A stretch of 32,000 nucleotides of DNA from positions 1,470,001-1,502,000 of the forward strand of contig NC_005072.1 in NCBI RefSeq assembly GCF_000011465.1. The letters run 5' to 3'. How positions within the stretch are numbered: the stretch's first letter is position 1; every line of letters starts with the position of its first letter. The position numbers and the translations under genes are program-made. The DNA is from Prochlorococcus marinus subsp. pastoris str. CCMP1986. GTDB taxonomy: Bacteria; Cyanobacteriota; Cyanobacteriia; PCC-6307; Cyanobiaceae. A model generated the notes under the pieces. That model saw only the letters and a program-made list of their open reading frames with translations, did not search any database and had not been told where the DNA came from. This document shows positions 1 through 10,057 of this stretch, in pieces.

Positions 1-888
1 TTTTCTATCACTAACAAATTTATTTCCATAACTGACTCCAATACCTTTTTCAATAGTTCGAACAAAAGTCACTTTAGCCTTTAAAAATAAAGCAGGTTTA
101 AGAAATAAATTTTCATTTATATTTACTGATGGGTCATAGCCATACATAGAAAGGCCAACGCGTACCATATCAAAATGAAAATCTTTGCCAAGAACCATGC
201 CAGCAGAATTAGCAAGATGAATCTTAATATTTTGTGTATTATCAATATCAATAATTTTCAATAATTCTTGAAATTTTTCTTTTTGTAATTGAGTGCTGCT
301 TTTAGGATTCAAAGCATTCTTTTCATCTGCGCAGGCGAGATGACTATATATTCCCTTAACAGCAATATTTTCAAGTGATTTAATATTATTAAATTGTTGA
401 ACAAACTGATCACATTCAAATCCTAATCTTGACATCCCAGTATCAACTTTTAGATGCAACGAGAATTTTAAATTATTACTCTTTCCAATGTTATTACAAA
501 TCAAACACTCCCTAAATGTACTAATAGTTGGCATCAAATCATTTCTAAAACATATTAATAAATCTTTTTTCGTATAAAGATTACCAAGTACAAGAATTGG
601 GGCATTTATCCCAAAAGAACGAAGCTTTATACCCTCCTTTAAGGTTGCTACTCCTAATTGAGAAGCGCCACCTTTAATCGCTTTTTCAGATACAACTTTT
701 GCATCATGTCCATATCCATCAGCTTTGACAACTGCCATAAATTCACAATTATTTTTTAATTTTGATCTTAATTGCCTTACGTTTGACTCTATTGCTTTAC
801 CACTGACTTCTATCCAAGCTCTTTGAGTTGGATCTATTTCTCCTTCAAAACTTGGAAGAGTATCAAAATTAATTTTTCGATTATTCAA
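1..888 (-). CDS. alr: alanine racemase, 3' end cut by window edge
   Basis: Not in the ORF track because it runs off the edge. My minus-strand translation gives ...RAWIEVSGKAIESNVRQLRSKLKNNCEFMAVVKADGYGHDAKVVSEKAIKGGASQLGVATLKEG... (PLP-lysine motif VVKADGYGH) and ...IGVSYGNKFVSDRK at position 1. The frame is open from 927 to 1. There is no ATG upstream of the motif; candidate starts are TTG 888, ATT 903 and ATC 906. Confidence 0.85.
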   Translation of the reverse strand, partial: MNNRKINFDTLPSFEGEIDPTQRAWIEVSGKAIESNVRQLRSKLKNNCEFMAVVKADGYGHDAKVVSEKAIKGGASQLGVATLKEGIKLRSFGINAPILVLGNLYTKKDLLICFRNDLMPTISTFRECLICNNIGKSNNLKFSLHLKVDTGMSRLGFECDQFVQQFNNIKSLENIAVKGIYSHLACADEKNALNPKSSTQLQKEKFQELLKIIDIDNTQNIKIHLANSAGMVLGKDFHFDMVRVGLSMYGYDPSVNINENLFLKPALFLKAKVTFVRTIEKGIGVSYGNKFVSDRK

Positions 889-968
889 AGAATTTGAATT
901 AATGATTAAGCGATTATATGCGCTTATTTAAATATACCGCTAGCATGACATGTAAATTGATTTTTGGC

Positions 969-1475
969 ATGGGCCAGACTCTTGTTTTAAATGCATCTTA
1001 TGAACCTTTAAACATTACTTCTTGGCGAAGAGCTGTAATTTTAATGATCAAAGGTAAAGCTGAAAGTTTAGAAGAAGATCAATCATATGCCATACATTCT
1101 GGGCAAAACCTTCCTACTGTTATTAGGCTTCGCTACTACGTTAAAGTTCCCTTCAGAGAAGTCGCACTTACAAGAAAAAATATACTTCTTAGAGACAATA
1201 ATTCATGTCAATATTGTAACCACAGAGGTAGTGATTTATCGATAGATCATGTTTTACCACGAAGCAGAGGTGGAACTGACAACTGGGAAAATGTAACAAC
1301 TGCATGCCTTAGATGTAATGTTCAAAAAGGTAATAGGACTCCCGAAGAAGCAAATATGCCTTTAAAACGAAAGCCATATCGTCCATTAAGTAATCTAAAT
1401 TTTGAAGCCACTAGACAAATAGACTCTGGAAAACATAAAGAATGGAGTAAATATGTGATTGGGTTAGCTGCTTAA
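969..1475 (+). CDS. HNH endonuclease-family protein
   Basis: Contains CQYCNH...DHVLPRSRGGTDNWENVTTACLRCNVQKGNRTP (HNH/CxxC zinc-finger nuclease motif). I prefer the internal start MGQTLVLNASYEPL at 969 over the track start 918, which would abut the alr start region. Confidence 0.8.
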   Translation: MGQTLVLNASYEPLNITSWRRAVILMIKGKAESLEEDQSYAIHSGQNLPTVIRLRYYVKVPFREVALTRKNILLRDNNSCQYCNHRGSDLSIDHVLPRSRGGTDNWENVTTACLRCNVQKGNRTPEEANMPLKRKPYRPLSNLNFEATRQIDSGKHKEWSKYVIGLAA

Positions 1476-1481
1476 AATTAA

Positions 1482-2576
1482 TTAATTTTCATTCTCATTA
1501 AAATCTTCTAGCATCCTTTTTTGTTCTTGTGCTAAACAAGCATAAATAACATCATCTAATTGTCCTGCCAGAATCGGCTCTAATGCAAAATTGGATCCCA
1601 ACCTATGATCAGTAGTTCTATTATCCTTAAAGTTATAAGTTCTAATTTTTTCGCTTCTATCTCCACTTCCAACTTGCATTAGCCTTTGTGACCTTTCCTT
1701 AGCATTAGCTTCTTTTAATTGAATCTCATATAACTTAGCTCTTAGAATTTCCATAGCTCGCTCACGATTTTGTAGCTGAGATCTTTCTTGTGTACAAAAT
1801 ACTCTGATACCTGTTGGCTTATGAATTAGATCAATAGCAGTCTCTACCTTATTAACATTTTGACCTCCAGCACCACCTGATCTAGCCGTACCAATTTCTA
1901 TCTCAGTTGGATCAATCTTAACTTCTACTGGATCAGCCTCAGGCATAACCGCAACTGTTGCAGTAGAAGTATGAACTCTGCCTTGAGATTCAGTTGCTGG
2001 GACTCTTTGAACTCTATGAACACCTGCCTCAAATTTCAATTGACTATAAACAGAATCTCCTTTTACAGAAATAACTAATTCTTTAAATCCTCCCATATCT
2101 GATTCAGAAGCACTAATAGGTTTTACTGTCCAACCAATCTTTTGTCCATATCTTTCATACATTCTTGCTAGATCACCGGCCCAAATACAAGCTTCATTTC
2201 CTCCTGCACCAGCTCTAATTTCCAACATTACACTTCTTTCATCTCGTGGATCTTTGGGTAATAAAGCAATTGTTAATTTTTCAATAAGTTGATTCTTAAG
2301 ATCTTCTAGACTAAATAATTCTTCATTAATCAATGATTCCATATCTTTATCATTTCTATTCTCTTTAAGTAATTGTTTAGAGTCTCCAATTTCTTTATCA
2401 GTATCAAGTAATTGATTAAAATCTAAAACCAAAGGTTCCAGCTTGGCTCTTTCTCTTGCTATTGATTCTAGTTTTTTAGGGTTATTTGCAATATCGGGGT
2501 CAGCCAACTGCATTTCCAAATTAACAAAACTTTCTGATGCATTTTTCAACCTTGCAATTAATGTTGTATATTCCAA
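1482..2576 (-). CDS. prfA: peptide chain release factor 1
   Basis: Has the GGQ motif ([15 protein letters not shown]) and the RF1-type PAT tripeptide ([12 protein letters not shown]). 364 aa. Confidence 0.95.
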   Translation of the reverse strand: MEYTTLIARLKNASESFVNLEMQLADPDIANNPKKLESIARERAKLEPLVLDFNQLLDTDKEIGDSKQLLKENRNDKDMESLINEELFSLEDLKNQLIEKLTIALLPKDPRDERSVMLEIRAGAGGNEACIWAGDLARMYERYGQKIGWTVKPISASESDMGGFKELVISVKGDSVYSQLKFEAGVHRVQRVPATESQGRVHTSTATVAVMPEADPVEVKIDPTEIEIGTARSGGAGGQNVNKVETAIDLIHKPTGIRVFCTQERSQLQNRERAMEILRAKLYEIQLKEANAKERSQRLMQVGSGDRSEKIRTYNFKDNRTTDHRLGSNFALEPILAGQLDDVIYACLAQEQKRMLEDFNENEN

Positions 2577-2610
2577 TTGAAAATTTGCTTAAATTTTGAT
2601 TAGTAAATTT

Positions 2611-2871
2611 TTATTTATCTGATTTTTTAGATTCTTTTGTTTCTTTTGAAGTAGCTGAATCGGCTGAACCCATTCCATACTTTTTCATGAACCTATCAAC
2701 TCTACCCTCAGTATCAAGTATTTTTTGAGTGCCAGTAAAGAAAGGATGATTCCCACTCCAAACATCAACATGTAATTCAGGCTTAGTTGAACCTGTTGTC
2801 ATTACGACTTCTCCATTACAAATAACTTTTGCATCTGGATACCATTTAGGATGAATTTCTGATTTAGGCAT
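2611..2871 (-). CDS. rpmE: 50S ribosomal protein L31
   Basis: MPKSEIHPKWYPDAKVICNGEVV...GNHPFFTG. I use the internal Met at 2871, which removes the track ORF's overlap with rpsI. Only one Cys is present (non-zinc form). Confidence 0.9.
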   Translation of the reverse strand: MPKSEIHPKWYPDAKVICNGEVVMTTGSTKPELHVDVWSGNHPFFTGTQKILDTEGRVDRFMKKYGMGSADSATSKETKESKKSDK

Positions 2872-2884
2872 AATAAAAGATGTT

Positions 2885-3295
2885 TTAACGTTTAGAGAAT
2901 TGACCAGCTTTCCTAGCTTTTTTAAGACCATATTTTTTTCTTTCTTTTGATCTAGGGTCTCGACTAAGGTGTCCTTCTGTTTTTAAAGGCTTCCTGTTAT
3001 CTGGAGATAAACCACAAAGAGCTCTAGCTGCTCCTTGCTTGATAGCATCTGCTTGCCCTGTTAAACCACCACCAAAAACATTTACAAAAATATCGTATGA
3101 ATTTTCAAGGCCTAAAGTTAGCAAAGGTGCTTTAACTGAATTTAAGTGTGATGGGTTGAAGTTTAAGTAATCATCACCAGAACGACCATTTATTTTAATT
3201 TGTCCATTGCCGGGAATTAAACGAACTCTTGCCACAGAAGTTTTTCTTCTTCCAGTACCCCAATAAACTGCTTTGTTTTTTACTTGACTATTCAT
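2885..3295 (-). CDS. rpsI: 30S ribosomal protein S9
   Basis: [14 protein letters not shown]...[19 protein letters not shown]...C-terminal KR; typical S9. Confidence 0.95.
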   Translation of the reverse strand: MNSQVKNKAVYWGTGRRKTSVARVRLIPGNGQIKINGRSGDDYLNFNPSHLNSVKAPLLTLGLENSYDIFVNVFGGGLTGQADAIKQGAARALCGLSPDNRKPLKTEGHLSRDPRSKERKKYGLKKARKAGQFSKR

Positions 3296-3304
3296 TGTTA
3301 GAGT

Positions 3305-3736
3305 TTAACTATTTAATAATACAGGATTTTGTGCAGCATGAGGATGATCTGAACCTTTATAAACTTTTAATTTCTTGAATTGCTGCCTTCCCAATGAATT
3401 ATGAGGAAGCATTCCTTTAACAGCTTGCTCAATTATTCTCTCAGGAATCCTTTCTTGAAGTGATTCAAATTTTTCAACTTTCATTCCTCCTGGTCTACCA
3501 GAATGTCTTCTGTATAATTTCTGTGATGCTTTTTTACCTGTTACCTCTACTTTTTCGGCATTAACAACGATAACAAAATCACCTGTGTCTAAATGAGGGG
3601 TAAATGTTGGTTTATTCTTTCCTCTCAAAACAGCAGCTATTTCTGTAGAAAGCCTGCCAAGTGTCTTATCTTTAGCATCAACTAAAAACCAATTTCGTTC
3701 GATAGTTTCTATAGAGGGAGTAATAGTTTTATTCAT
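3305..3736 (-). CDS. rplM: 50S ribosomal protein L13
   Basis: [18 protein letters not shown]...VVVNAEKV; L13 signature, upstream of rpsI as usual. Confidence 0.95.
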   Translation of the reverse strand: MNKTITPSIETIERNWFLVDAKDKTLGRLSTEIAAVLRGKNKPTFTPHLDTGDFVIVVNAEKVEVTGKKASQKLYRRHSGRPGGMKVEKFESLQERIPERIIEQAVKGMLPHNSLGRQQFKKLKVYKGSDHPHAAQNPVLLNS

Positions 3737-3852
3737 TTATAAATTTTACTTGAATAAATTTTATCAATTTTAAATTCTACCTTATTGAAGGAGTAATAAA
3801 CAATTATTTTGATTATCTAAATATATTATTTAAGTTTATAAAATCTTCCAAG

Positions 3853-4659
3853 CTAGGAGTAACCTCTAATTACAAATTTCGGGAAAAGATCATTTTTATT
3901 AATCCTTTTAAAAATATTTTCTTCGTATACAGAATTTACGAAACATAAACCTTTGGCTGGCGCTGACTCTCGAACATCATGTTTCTTTTTTAAAACCCAT
4001 CTATCTTTAAAGATATCTGGCGTTATTTTCTTTTCTCCTACTAAAACAAGTTGACCCACTATTGAACGTACCATTCCATAAAGAAATCCTGTAGCTTTTA
4101 TATCTATCAATATCAAATCCTCAGTCCTTTCTAATTTTATATCTTTTATTGTTGTCACTGAAGTTGATCTATTACTTCCACTCTTTTGAAAAGCAAAAAA
4201 ATCATGCTCTCCAATCATTCCATCTAAAGCAATTGACATTGAAACCTCATCAAGATATTTCTGATATCTATGCCAAGACCACTTATTTAAAAACAAATTA
4301 GGTATCTTATTATTATTTATTACGTATCGATAATGTCTATAAACTGCAGAATAGCAAGCATGCCAGCTACTTTTTACTTCTACTGATTCTAAGATTCTAA
4401 TTGTATGAGGTAATCTACTATTTAATACATCTGCATAACGATCAATTGGTATTAAGAAATCAATATCAAAATGAATTACTTGCCCAGAAGCGTGAACTCC
4501 AGCGTCTGTTCTTCCTGAAGCAAATGTTTTTATAATTTGATTTGATATTTTAAATAGGCAATTTTCTATTGTCTCTTGAACACTTATTGCATTTTTCTGT
4601 CTTTGCCAACCTGAAAAATAAGATCCATCATATTGGATAACTAAAGCTACTCTTTTCAA
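3853..4659 (-). CDS. truA: tRNA pseudouridine(38-40) synthase
   Basis: MKRVALVIQYDGSYFSGWQRQ...GRTDAGVHASGQV (catalytic Asp motif). Confidence 0.93.
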   Translation of the reverse strand: MKRVALVIQYDGSYFSGWQRQKNAISVQETIENCLFKISNQIIKTFASGRTDAGVHASGQVIHFDIDFLIPIDRYADVLNSRLPHTIRILESVEVKSSWHACYSAVYRHYRYVINNNKIPNLFLNKWSWHRYQKYLDEVSMSIALDGMIGEHDFFAFQKSGSNRSTSVTTIKDIKLERTEDLILIDIKATGFLYGMVRSIVGQLVLVGEKKITPDIFKDRWVLKKKHDVRESAPAKGLCFVNSVYEENIFKRINKNDLFPKFVIRGYS

Positions 4660-4696
4660 AAGTTATTTTATATTTTCCAGTTTTATTTTTCTATCT

Positions 4697-5047
4697 TCAA
4701 ACTAGTTCAATAATAGCCATTTGTGCATTATCACCTTTTCTAGCAACAGTTCTGACGATTCGGGTATAACCACCGTTTCTCTCTCCATATCTTTCTTGAG
4801 CTTTTTCAAATAGTGAGTGAACTAACTTTTTATCATAAATGTAACCAAGAGCTCTTCTTCTAGCAGATAAAGTACCCTCCTTTGCTAAGGAGATCATTCT
4901 TTCCGCCTCATTTCTTAAAGCTTTAGCTCTTGCTTTGGTAGTAGTTATTCTACCTTCTCGAATAAGTTGAGTAGTTAAAGCTCTAAGAAGAGCTTTTCTT
5001 TGATCAGCTGGTTTACTTAAAAGAGGAACCCTAAGTTGATGTCTCAT
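4697..5047 (-). CDS. rplQ: 50S ribosomal protein L17
   Basis: [24 protein letters not shown]...[10 protein letters not shown]; lies downstream of rpoA. Confidence 0.95.
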   Translation of the reverse strand: MRHQLRVPLLSKPADQRKALLRALTTQLIREGRITTTKARAKALRNEAERMISLAKEGTLSARRRALGYIYDKKLVHSLFEKAQERYGERNGGYTRIVRTVARKGDNAQMAIIELV

Positions 5048-5062
5048 AATCTCAATAGTTTG

Positions 5063-6001
5063 TTAAACAGATGTCCTGCTTTGTGGAATTGAAATTCCTA
5101 TTCGTTCAAGAGCTTCAATAACCTCATCTGCAGATTTCGAGCCGAAGTTCTTAATTTCTAAAAGATCTTCGTAACTGAATCCCATTAAATCTGAAACAGA
5201 ATTAACTTGTGCTCTCTTCAAACAATTATAAGCTCTAACGGACAAGTTTAGTTCTTCTAATGGAATTTGAGCTTCAGGAGAAGGTTCTGGTTCTTCAGGT
5301 ATTTCTTCAACCATTGTAACGGTTGCTAGGGGCTGAAAGAGTTCAATTAACTGGTTTGCTGCTTCAGCAATTGCATCATCAGGGCTTGTGGAACCATCTG
5401 TAACAACTTCCATTGTTAATCTTTCTCTACCTGTTGCTCCTTCTGCAACAGCAGTTTCATCTATTGTGAAGTTAACTCTTTTTACAGGCATAAAAACAGC
5501 ATCAATCTGAAGCAAGTCTATAGCAGTAGTTTCTTGATTTCTTCGATCTACAGGTCTATAACCAACCCCTCTTTCTACATGAATTTCTAGCTCTAGATTA
5601 TGTCCCTCTTGAATAGTTGCGATAGGTTTTTCACCATCAACTATTTCAACTTGAGAAGAAAATTGTATGTCGTTTGCCTTTACTTCCATTGGGCCATTAA
5701 CTACTAACCTCCCAATCTCAGTCTCTGGGTTGGAACTATTAATAGAAAGTTGCTTACAATTTAAAAGAATATCTAAAACGTCTTCTCTAACTCCTGGGAT
5801 AGTGGCATATTCGTGATTAATTCCTGAAATTCTTACAGCTGTAACAGCACTACCTTCAAGTCCTCCCATAAGAACTCTTCTTAAAGAATTACCGAGAGTT
5901 GTAGCTTGTCCTCTTTCTAAGGGGCCAATTAAAAATGTTCCTGTTTGGGAGCGATCATCTGATATTTGATGATCGATTCTGTCAATCTGGTATTGCAACA
6001 C
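5063..6001 (-). CDS. rpoA: DNA-directed RNA polymerase alpha subunit
   Basis: [27 protein letters not shown]... plus C-terminal domain [14 protein letters not shown]. The start is GTG at 6001-5999; the upstream frame hits TAA at 6041-6043 with no ATG. Confidence 0.95.
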   Translation of the reverse strand: MLQYQIDRIDHQISDDRSQTGTFLIGPLERGQATTLGNSLRRVLMGGLEGSAVTAVRISGINHEYATIPGVREDVLDILLNCKQLSINSSNPETEIGRLVVNGPMEVKANDIQFSSQVEIVDGEKPIATIQEGHNLELEIHVERGVGYRPVDRRNQETTAIDLLQIDAVFMPVKRVNFTIDETAVAEGATGRERLTMEVVTDGSTSPDDAIAEAANQLIELFQPLATVTMVEEIPEEPEPSPEAQIPLEELNLSVRAYNCLKRAQVNSVSDLMGFSYEDLLEIKNFGSKSADEVIEALERIGISIPQSRTSV

Positions 6002-6024
6002 GGAAAAAAAAAGGTTGAAAGTTT

Positions 6025-6040
6025 GGGGGGGGGGGGGGGG
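6025..6040. repeat. G16 homopolymer (C16 in the minus-strand mRNA) in the rpsK-rpoA spacer
   Basis: Direct count: 6025-6040 are all G. The run lies 7 nt from the rpsK stop and 23 nt from the rpoA GTG. Confidence 0.95.
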
Positions 6041-6047
6041 TTAAGTT

Positions 6048-6440
6048 CTAAACGCGTCTACGTTTAGGTCTTCTGCATCCATTATGAGGTAATGGAGTTA
6101 CATCTCTTATTAGAGTTATTTCTAAACCGGCCACTTGTAAAGCTCTTATGGCGGTTTCCCTACCTGAGCCAGGGCCTCTAACTAATACTTTTATTTGTCT
6201 CATGCCTTGATCAAGAGCTCTTTTAGCCGCGGCTTCGGCAGCTGTTTGAGCAGCAAATGGAGTCCCTTTTCGAGCACCTTTGAATCCACTTGCTCCTGCA
6301 GAAGACCAAGAAATTACATGGCCCGAAGTATCAGTGATAGATACGATAGTGTTATTAAAGGTACTTTGAATATGTACTACGCCATTTGGTACATTTTTCT
6401 TTGATTTCTTTGAACCTGTTTTTTTTACTGGAGCTGCCAT
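6048..6440 (-). CDS. rpsK: 30S ribosomal protein S11
   Basis: [30 protein letters not shown]...[14 protein letters not shown]. Confidence 0.96.
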   Translation of the reverse strand: MAAPVKKTGSKKSKKNVPNGVVHIQSTFNNTIVSITDTSGHVISWSSAGASGFKGARKGTPFAAQTAAEAAAKRALDQGMRQIKVLVRGPGSGRETAIRALQVAGLEITLIRDVTPLPHNGCRRPKRRRV

Positions 6441-6488
6441 AACAATTTAGATAAATAAATTTAGTGTCATTTTTTTATAATTAATTAA

Positions 6489-6854
6489 TTATTTTTTTCT
6501 TCCAGCAACTGTTTTTCTTGAGCCTCTTCTCGTTCTAGCATTTGTTCTTGTTCTTTGACCTCTTACAGGAAGACTCATTCTATGCCTTCTCCCTCTAACA
6601 CAACCAATATCTTGCAAGCGTTTCATCGCCATACCCTCTTTCCTACGTAAATCACCCTCTACAGTAAAGTCTTCTGTAGCACCTCTCAATTTCTGTACAT
6701 CACTATCTGATAAATCTTTGACACGAATATCAGGATTAACTCCTGTATTTGAAAGGATTAATTTTGATCTTGTTAGACCAACTCCATAGATGTATGTAAG
6801 TGCAATTTCAACTCGTTTTTCACGAGGTATGTCAATTCCTGCAATCCTGGCCAC
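6489..6854 (-). CDS. rpsM: 30S ribosomal protein S13
   Basis: [26 protein letters not shown]... Confidence 0.96.
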   Translation of the reverse strand: MARIAGIDIPREKRVEIALTYIYGVGLTRSKLILSNTGVNPDIRVKDLSDSDVQKLRGATEDFTVEGDLRRKEGMAMKRLQDIGCVRGRRHRMSLPVRGQRTRTNARTRRGSRKTVAGRKK

Positions 6855-6899
6855 TTGTTTCGAATTAGTAAAAGGTTTTTAATTAAATTTCGTCAAAGA

Positions 6900-7016
6900 T
6901 TAACCTTGACGCTGTTTGTGTCTAGGGCTAGCGGTGCAAATAACCATTACCCTGCCATGTCTACGAATAACACGACATTTGTCACACATTTTTTTTACTG
7001 AGGCTCTAACCTTCAT
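6900..7016 (-). CDS. rpmJ: 50S ribosomal protein L36
   Basis: Not in the ORF track (too short). My translation is [38 protein letters not shown], stop TAA at 6900-6902. It carries a CxxC...C...H zinc ribbon. Confidence 0.93.
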   Translation of the reverse strand: MKVRASVKKMCDKCRVIRRHGRVMVICTASPRHKQRQG

Positions 7017-7046
7017 AAGGTTTTCTCATTAAAATGTTAATTCCAT

Positions 7047-7059
7047 ATTGTACATCATC
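7047..7059 (-). promoter_or_regulatory. candidate internal promoter (-10-like TACAAT) ahead of rpmJ-rpsM-rpsK-rpoA-rplQ
   Basis: The minus strand reads CTTGTCGATGATGTACAATATGG. It overlaps the adk stop and sits about 30 nt upstream of the rpmJ ATG. The same 13-mer GATGATGTACAAT recurs upstream of rplC (17852-17864). Confidence 0.3.
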
Positions 7060-7609
7060 GACAAGCCATTTTTTGTTTTATATCAGCAGAAATTGTTTTT
7101 AGATCACCATCAGCCTTGATATTTTCTAATAAGGCGAGATCTTTATAGTATTCAATCAATGGCTCTGTAGTTTCCTTATAAATTTTTAATCTTGTTTTAA
7201 TAGTTTTTTCATTATCATCTTTTCTACCCCTAATAAGTAAACGCTTTATTAAAACTTCGTCTGGTATATCTAAATAAAATACGATTTCTAAAGGTTGATT
7301 TATATTAATCAATACATCATTAAGAGAATTCACTTGAGACAAATTTCTAGGATAACCATCTAAAATCCAACCATTATTATCCTTATCCAAATTTTTTTTT
7401 ACAATTTCTAAAACTAATTGATCACTTACAAGTTCCCCTCTATTCATAATATCTTTTACTTGTTTACCCAAATCAGTATCCAAATCAATTTCTTTTCTTA
7501 ATAATTCTCCAGTAGATAAATGTAAATAAGAGTTGGCTGCACTCAAAAGGGCAGCTTGAGTTCCTTTACCTGCTCCGGGTGGTCCTAAAAATAGTAAATG
7601 TTTTTTCAT
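7055..7609 (-). CDS. adk: adenylate kinase (short-LID form)
   Basis: [18 protein letters not shown] (P-loop), ...LDGYPRN...; 184 aa. Confidence 0.94.
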   Translation of the reverse strand: MKKHLLFLGPPGAGKGTQAALLSAANSYLHLSTGELLRKEIDLDTDLGKQVKDIMNRGELVSDQLVLEIVKKNLDKDNNGWILDGYPRNLSQVNSLNDVLININQPLEIVFYLDIPDEVLIKRLLIRGRKDDNEKTIKTRLKIYKETTEPLIEYYKDLALLENIKADGDLKTISADIKQKMACR

Positions 7610-8934
7610 TAATTATTAACTAATCCCTCATACCTCTGAGAAATAACATAAGTTTGAATTTGTTTAGCCGTATCGATAGCAACTCCTACAAGAATCAATA
7701 GAGAAGTGGCTCCTAAACCTTGAAAAGTTTGAACATTAGTTGCTCTTTCCACAGCCGCAGGAATTATTGCTACTGAACCTAAAAATAATCCTCCTAATAG
7801 TGTCAGCCTATTTTGAATACCTGACAAGTAATTTGCTGTATTAGAACCAGGTCTTACTCCAGGAATAGCAACTCCTCCCTTTTTTAAATTAGATGCTACA
7901 TCTACTGGATTAATGGTAAGAGAGGCATAAAAGTATGAGAAACCTAAAATTAAAGCAAAAAATGTTAATGCATATGGCCATGGATTGGAAGAACCCGGAT
8001 TTAAACTACCAGCTATTTTAATTAGAATTGGATTCCCGGTAACATTTGCAACTGTTATTGGTAAAAATATCAAGGCAGATGCAAAGATAATTGGCATGAC
8101 CCCTCCAGCATTCAACTTTAATGGCAAATAACTTTGTCTTGTTGGAAGTAATGAAGAATTACCTATCTGTCTTTTTGCACTAACAATTGGTATGCGTCTT
8201 GCTCCCTCTTGAACAAAAATTATTCCTACGATTGTTAGTAAAAAGACTCCGAGTAAAACAGCTATACCTAGAACATCTCCACGATCGCCAGTTTGTGCTT
8301 TTTCAATAGTTGAACTCAAAGCTTTTGGCAAGGTTGCAACAATATTTAAGAAGATCACTAATGAGGCTCCTTGACCTATTCCTTTCTCCGTAATAATTTC
8401 ACTAAACCACATTACTATCATTGAGCCTGTCACAAGGGCAATAGATGTTTGCAAAACAAAAGCGGTTTCACTTATACCCTCGATTGCATACTGTCTAAGA
8501 ATTAACGAGAATATTATACTTTGTAAAAAACCCCATCCCAAAGAAACATATCTGGTAATCTGAGCGATTTTTCTTCTACCTGCTTCACCCTCATTTTTTT
8601 GCAAATCTTCAAGGACAGGTAATGAAGCAGTCAAAAGTTGAATAATAATTGAAGCATTAATAAATGGTAAAATTCCAAGTGCAAATATTCCTAAGGTTGA
8701 AATTCCTCCTCCAGTAAAAATATCTAGAAAACCAATTAATTGACCACCCTGGTCAATAAAACTTTTAAACGCAACTCTATCAATTCCAGGCATTGGTATA
8801 TAAATACCCAGTCGGACCAAAAGCAGAAGACCTAAAGTTGTTAAAACTCGATTCCTTAACTCTTTATTTAAAAATAATTGAGTGACTATTTCTGAAGCAC
8901 TAGGATTTCTACTTTTGTTAATTAACATCGGCAA
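7609..8934 (-). CDS. secY: preprotein translocase subunit SecY
   Basis: Multi-TM protein in the canonical slot between rplO and adk. The stop overlaps the adk start by 1 nt (TAATG). The start could be Met at 8934 or 8928. Confidence 0.95.
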   Translation of the reverse strand: MPMLINKSRNPSASEIVTQLFLNKELRNRVLTTLGLLLLVRLGIYIPMPGIDRVAFKSFIDQGGQLIGFLDIFTGGGISTLGIFALGILPFINASIIIQLLTASLPVLEDLQKNEGEAGRRKIAQITRYVSLGWGFLQSIIFSLILRQYAIEGISETAFVLQTSIALVTGSMIVMWFSEIITEKGIGQGASLVIFLNIVATLPKALSSTIEKAQTGDRGDVLGIAVLLGVFLLTIVGIIFVQEGARRIPIVSAKRQIGNSSLLPTRQSYLPLKLNAGGVMPIIFASALIFLPITVANVTGNPILIKIAGSLNPGSSNPWPYALTFFALILGFSYFYASLTINPVDVASNLKKGGVAIPGVRPGSNTANYLSGIQNRLTLLGGLFLGSVAIIPAAVERATNVQTFQGLGATSLLILVGVAIDTAKQIQTYVISQRYEGLVNN

Positions 8935-8958
8935 ATAAAATTAAATTTATGAGTAAAT

Positions 8959-9417
8959 TTATTTATTATTAATAATTTCGCAAGATCCACCTGCAGCTTC
9001 TATTTTTTCCTTAGCAACTTTAGTGAATGCATGAGCTTGAACTTTTAATTTCACTTTAACTTCTCCATTACCTAAAATTTTGAGAGGAAATTTCGGCTTA
9101 AATAACAACTTTTTTTTCACAAGCGAATCTATATTGACAACTTCACTTTCTTTGAATTCACTTAATTTGCTTAAATTAACTATTGAAAAATTTTTTTGAT
9201 TAATAATTTCAAAATGCTTTAACTTGGGAACTCTTCTGTAAAGGGGCATTTGACCACCTTCGAATCCAGGTCTTGTAGGTCTACCGGATCGAGATTTCTG
9301 TCCTCTCATACCAAAACCACAAGAAGCTCCCTGCCCTGCCGCGATACCTCTACCTTTTCTTAATTTTTTCTTTCTTGAACCTGTGTTTGATTTTAGTGTA
9401 TTTAAAGTTGAAGTCAT
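8959..9417 (-). CDS. rplO: 50S ribosomal protein L15
   Basis: [27 protein letters not shown] prefer the internal Met (MTSTLNTLK) at 9417, which avoids overlap with the rpsE stop at 9422. Confidence 0.93.
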   Translation of the reverse strand: MTSTLNTLKSNTGSRKKKLRKGRGIAAGQGASCGFGMRGQKSRSGRPTRPGFEGGQMPLYRRVPKLKHFEIINQKNFSIVNLSKLSEFKESEVVNIDSLVKKKLLFKPKFPLKILGNGEVKVKLKVQAHAFTKVAKEKIEAAGGSCEIINNK

Positions 9418-9421
9418 AATT

Positions 9422-10042
9422 TTAAGAGTAAAGCTGTTCAAGAGAAATACCTCTCTCTCTAGAGGCAGATTTGTGGGTTCTTAATTGAGAAAGAGCCACC
9501 ATTGCAGCTCTCGCATTATTCAAGGGAGTTTTACTACCTAATCTTTTAGCTAAGACGTTTTTAATACCTGCTAATTCTAAAACTGTCCTAATTGACCCAC
9601 CAGCAATTACACCCGTACCAGGTGCAGCAGGTCTAATAAGTACATTCGCTGCTCCATCTCTCCCTTTAGATAAAGTAGGTATAGAATTATTCGGAGTTAA
9701 AGGAACTCTAACAAGATGTTTTTTACCGTCTGAGACTCCTTTCCTTACTGCTCCTATAACATCTCCTGCCTTCCCTACTCCTACTCCTACTTGTCCTTTC
9801 TCATTCCCAACAACAACAATTGCTCTAAAACTCATTTTTTTACCACCTTTTACTGTTTTAGATACTCTTCTAATTTGAACAACTCTTTCTTGCCACTCAG
9901 AATCCCTCTCATTTTTAGAGTCACCTCTTCGATTTCTCTTTCGATCATTATTACGATTACCTCTCCTCTGTTCATTAGCATTAGATGAGGGTGGATTCTC
10001 AGTCTTTGACTGATTTTCTTGTTTTGTTGGAGTGTCTGTCAT
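9422..10042 (-). CDS. rpsE: 30S ribosomal protein S5 with long basic N-terminal extension
   Basis: The core [23 protein letters not shown]... is preceded by about 45 aa of low-complexity N/R/K/D-rich sequence. Confidence 0.95.
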   Translation of the reverse strand: MTDTPTKQENQSKTENPPSSNANEQRRGNRNNDRKRNRRGDSKNERDSEWQERVVQIRRVSKTVKGGKKMSFRAIVVVGNEKGQVGVGVGKAGDVIGAVRKGVSDGKKHLVRVPLTPNNSIPTLSKGRDGAANVLIRPAAPGTGVIAGGSIRTVLELAGIKNVLAKRLGSKTPLNNARAAMVALSQLRTHKSASRERGISLEQLYS

Positions 10043-10057
10043 GATAAAAATAAATAT

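Noticed and set aside
918-968. N-terminal extensions in the track ORFs: HNH 918-968, rpmE 2872-2931, rplO 9418-9441, rplC 17616-17696.
   Set aside because: The extensions have no counterpart in the respective families and create overlaps with upstream genes. Internal Met codons give canonical N-termini ([45 protein letters not shown]).
969-1475. The HNH endonuclease as a possible piece of a restriction or defence system or a homing element.
   Set aside because: It is a single small gene wedged between alr and prfA. It has no methylase, helicase, ATPase or intein/intron context and no flanking repeats, and its composition matches its neighbours. It looks like the stand-alone HNH protein common in cyanobacterial core genomes.
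1474-1489. The perfect 16-nt palindrome AAAATTAATTAATTTT spanning both stop codons at the HNH/prfA junction, as a possible bidirectional terminator.
   Set aside because: It is entirely A/T, so the hairpin would be very unstable. It probably just reflects two TAA stops in AT-rich DNA.
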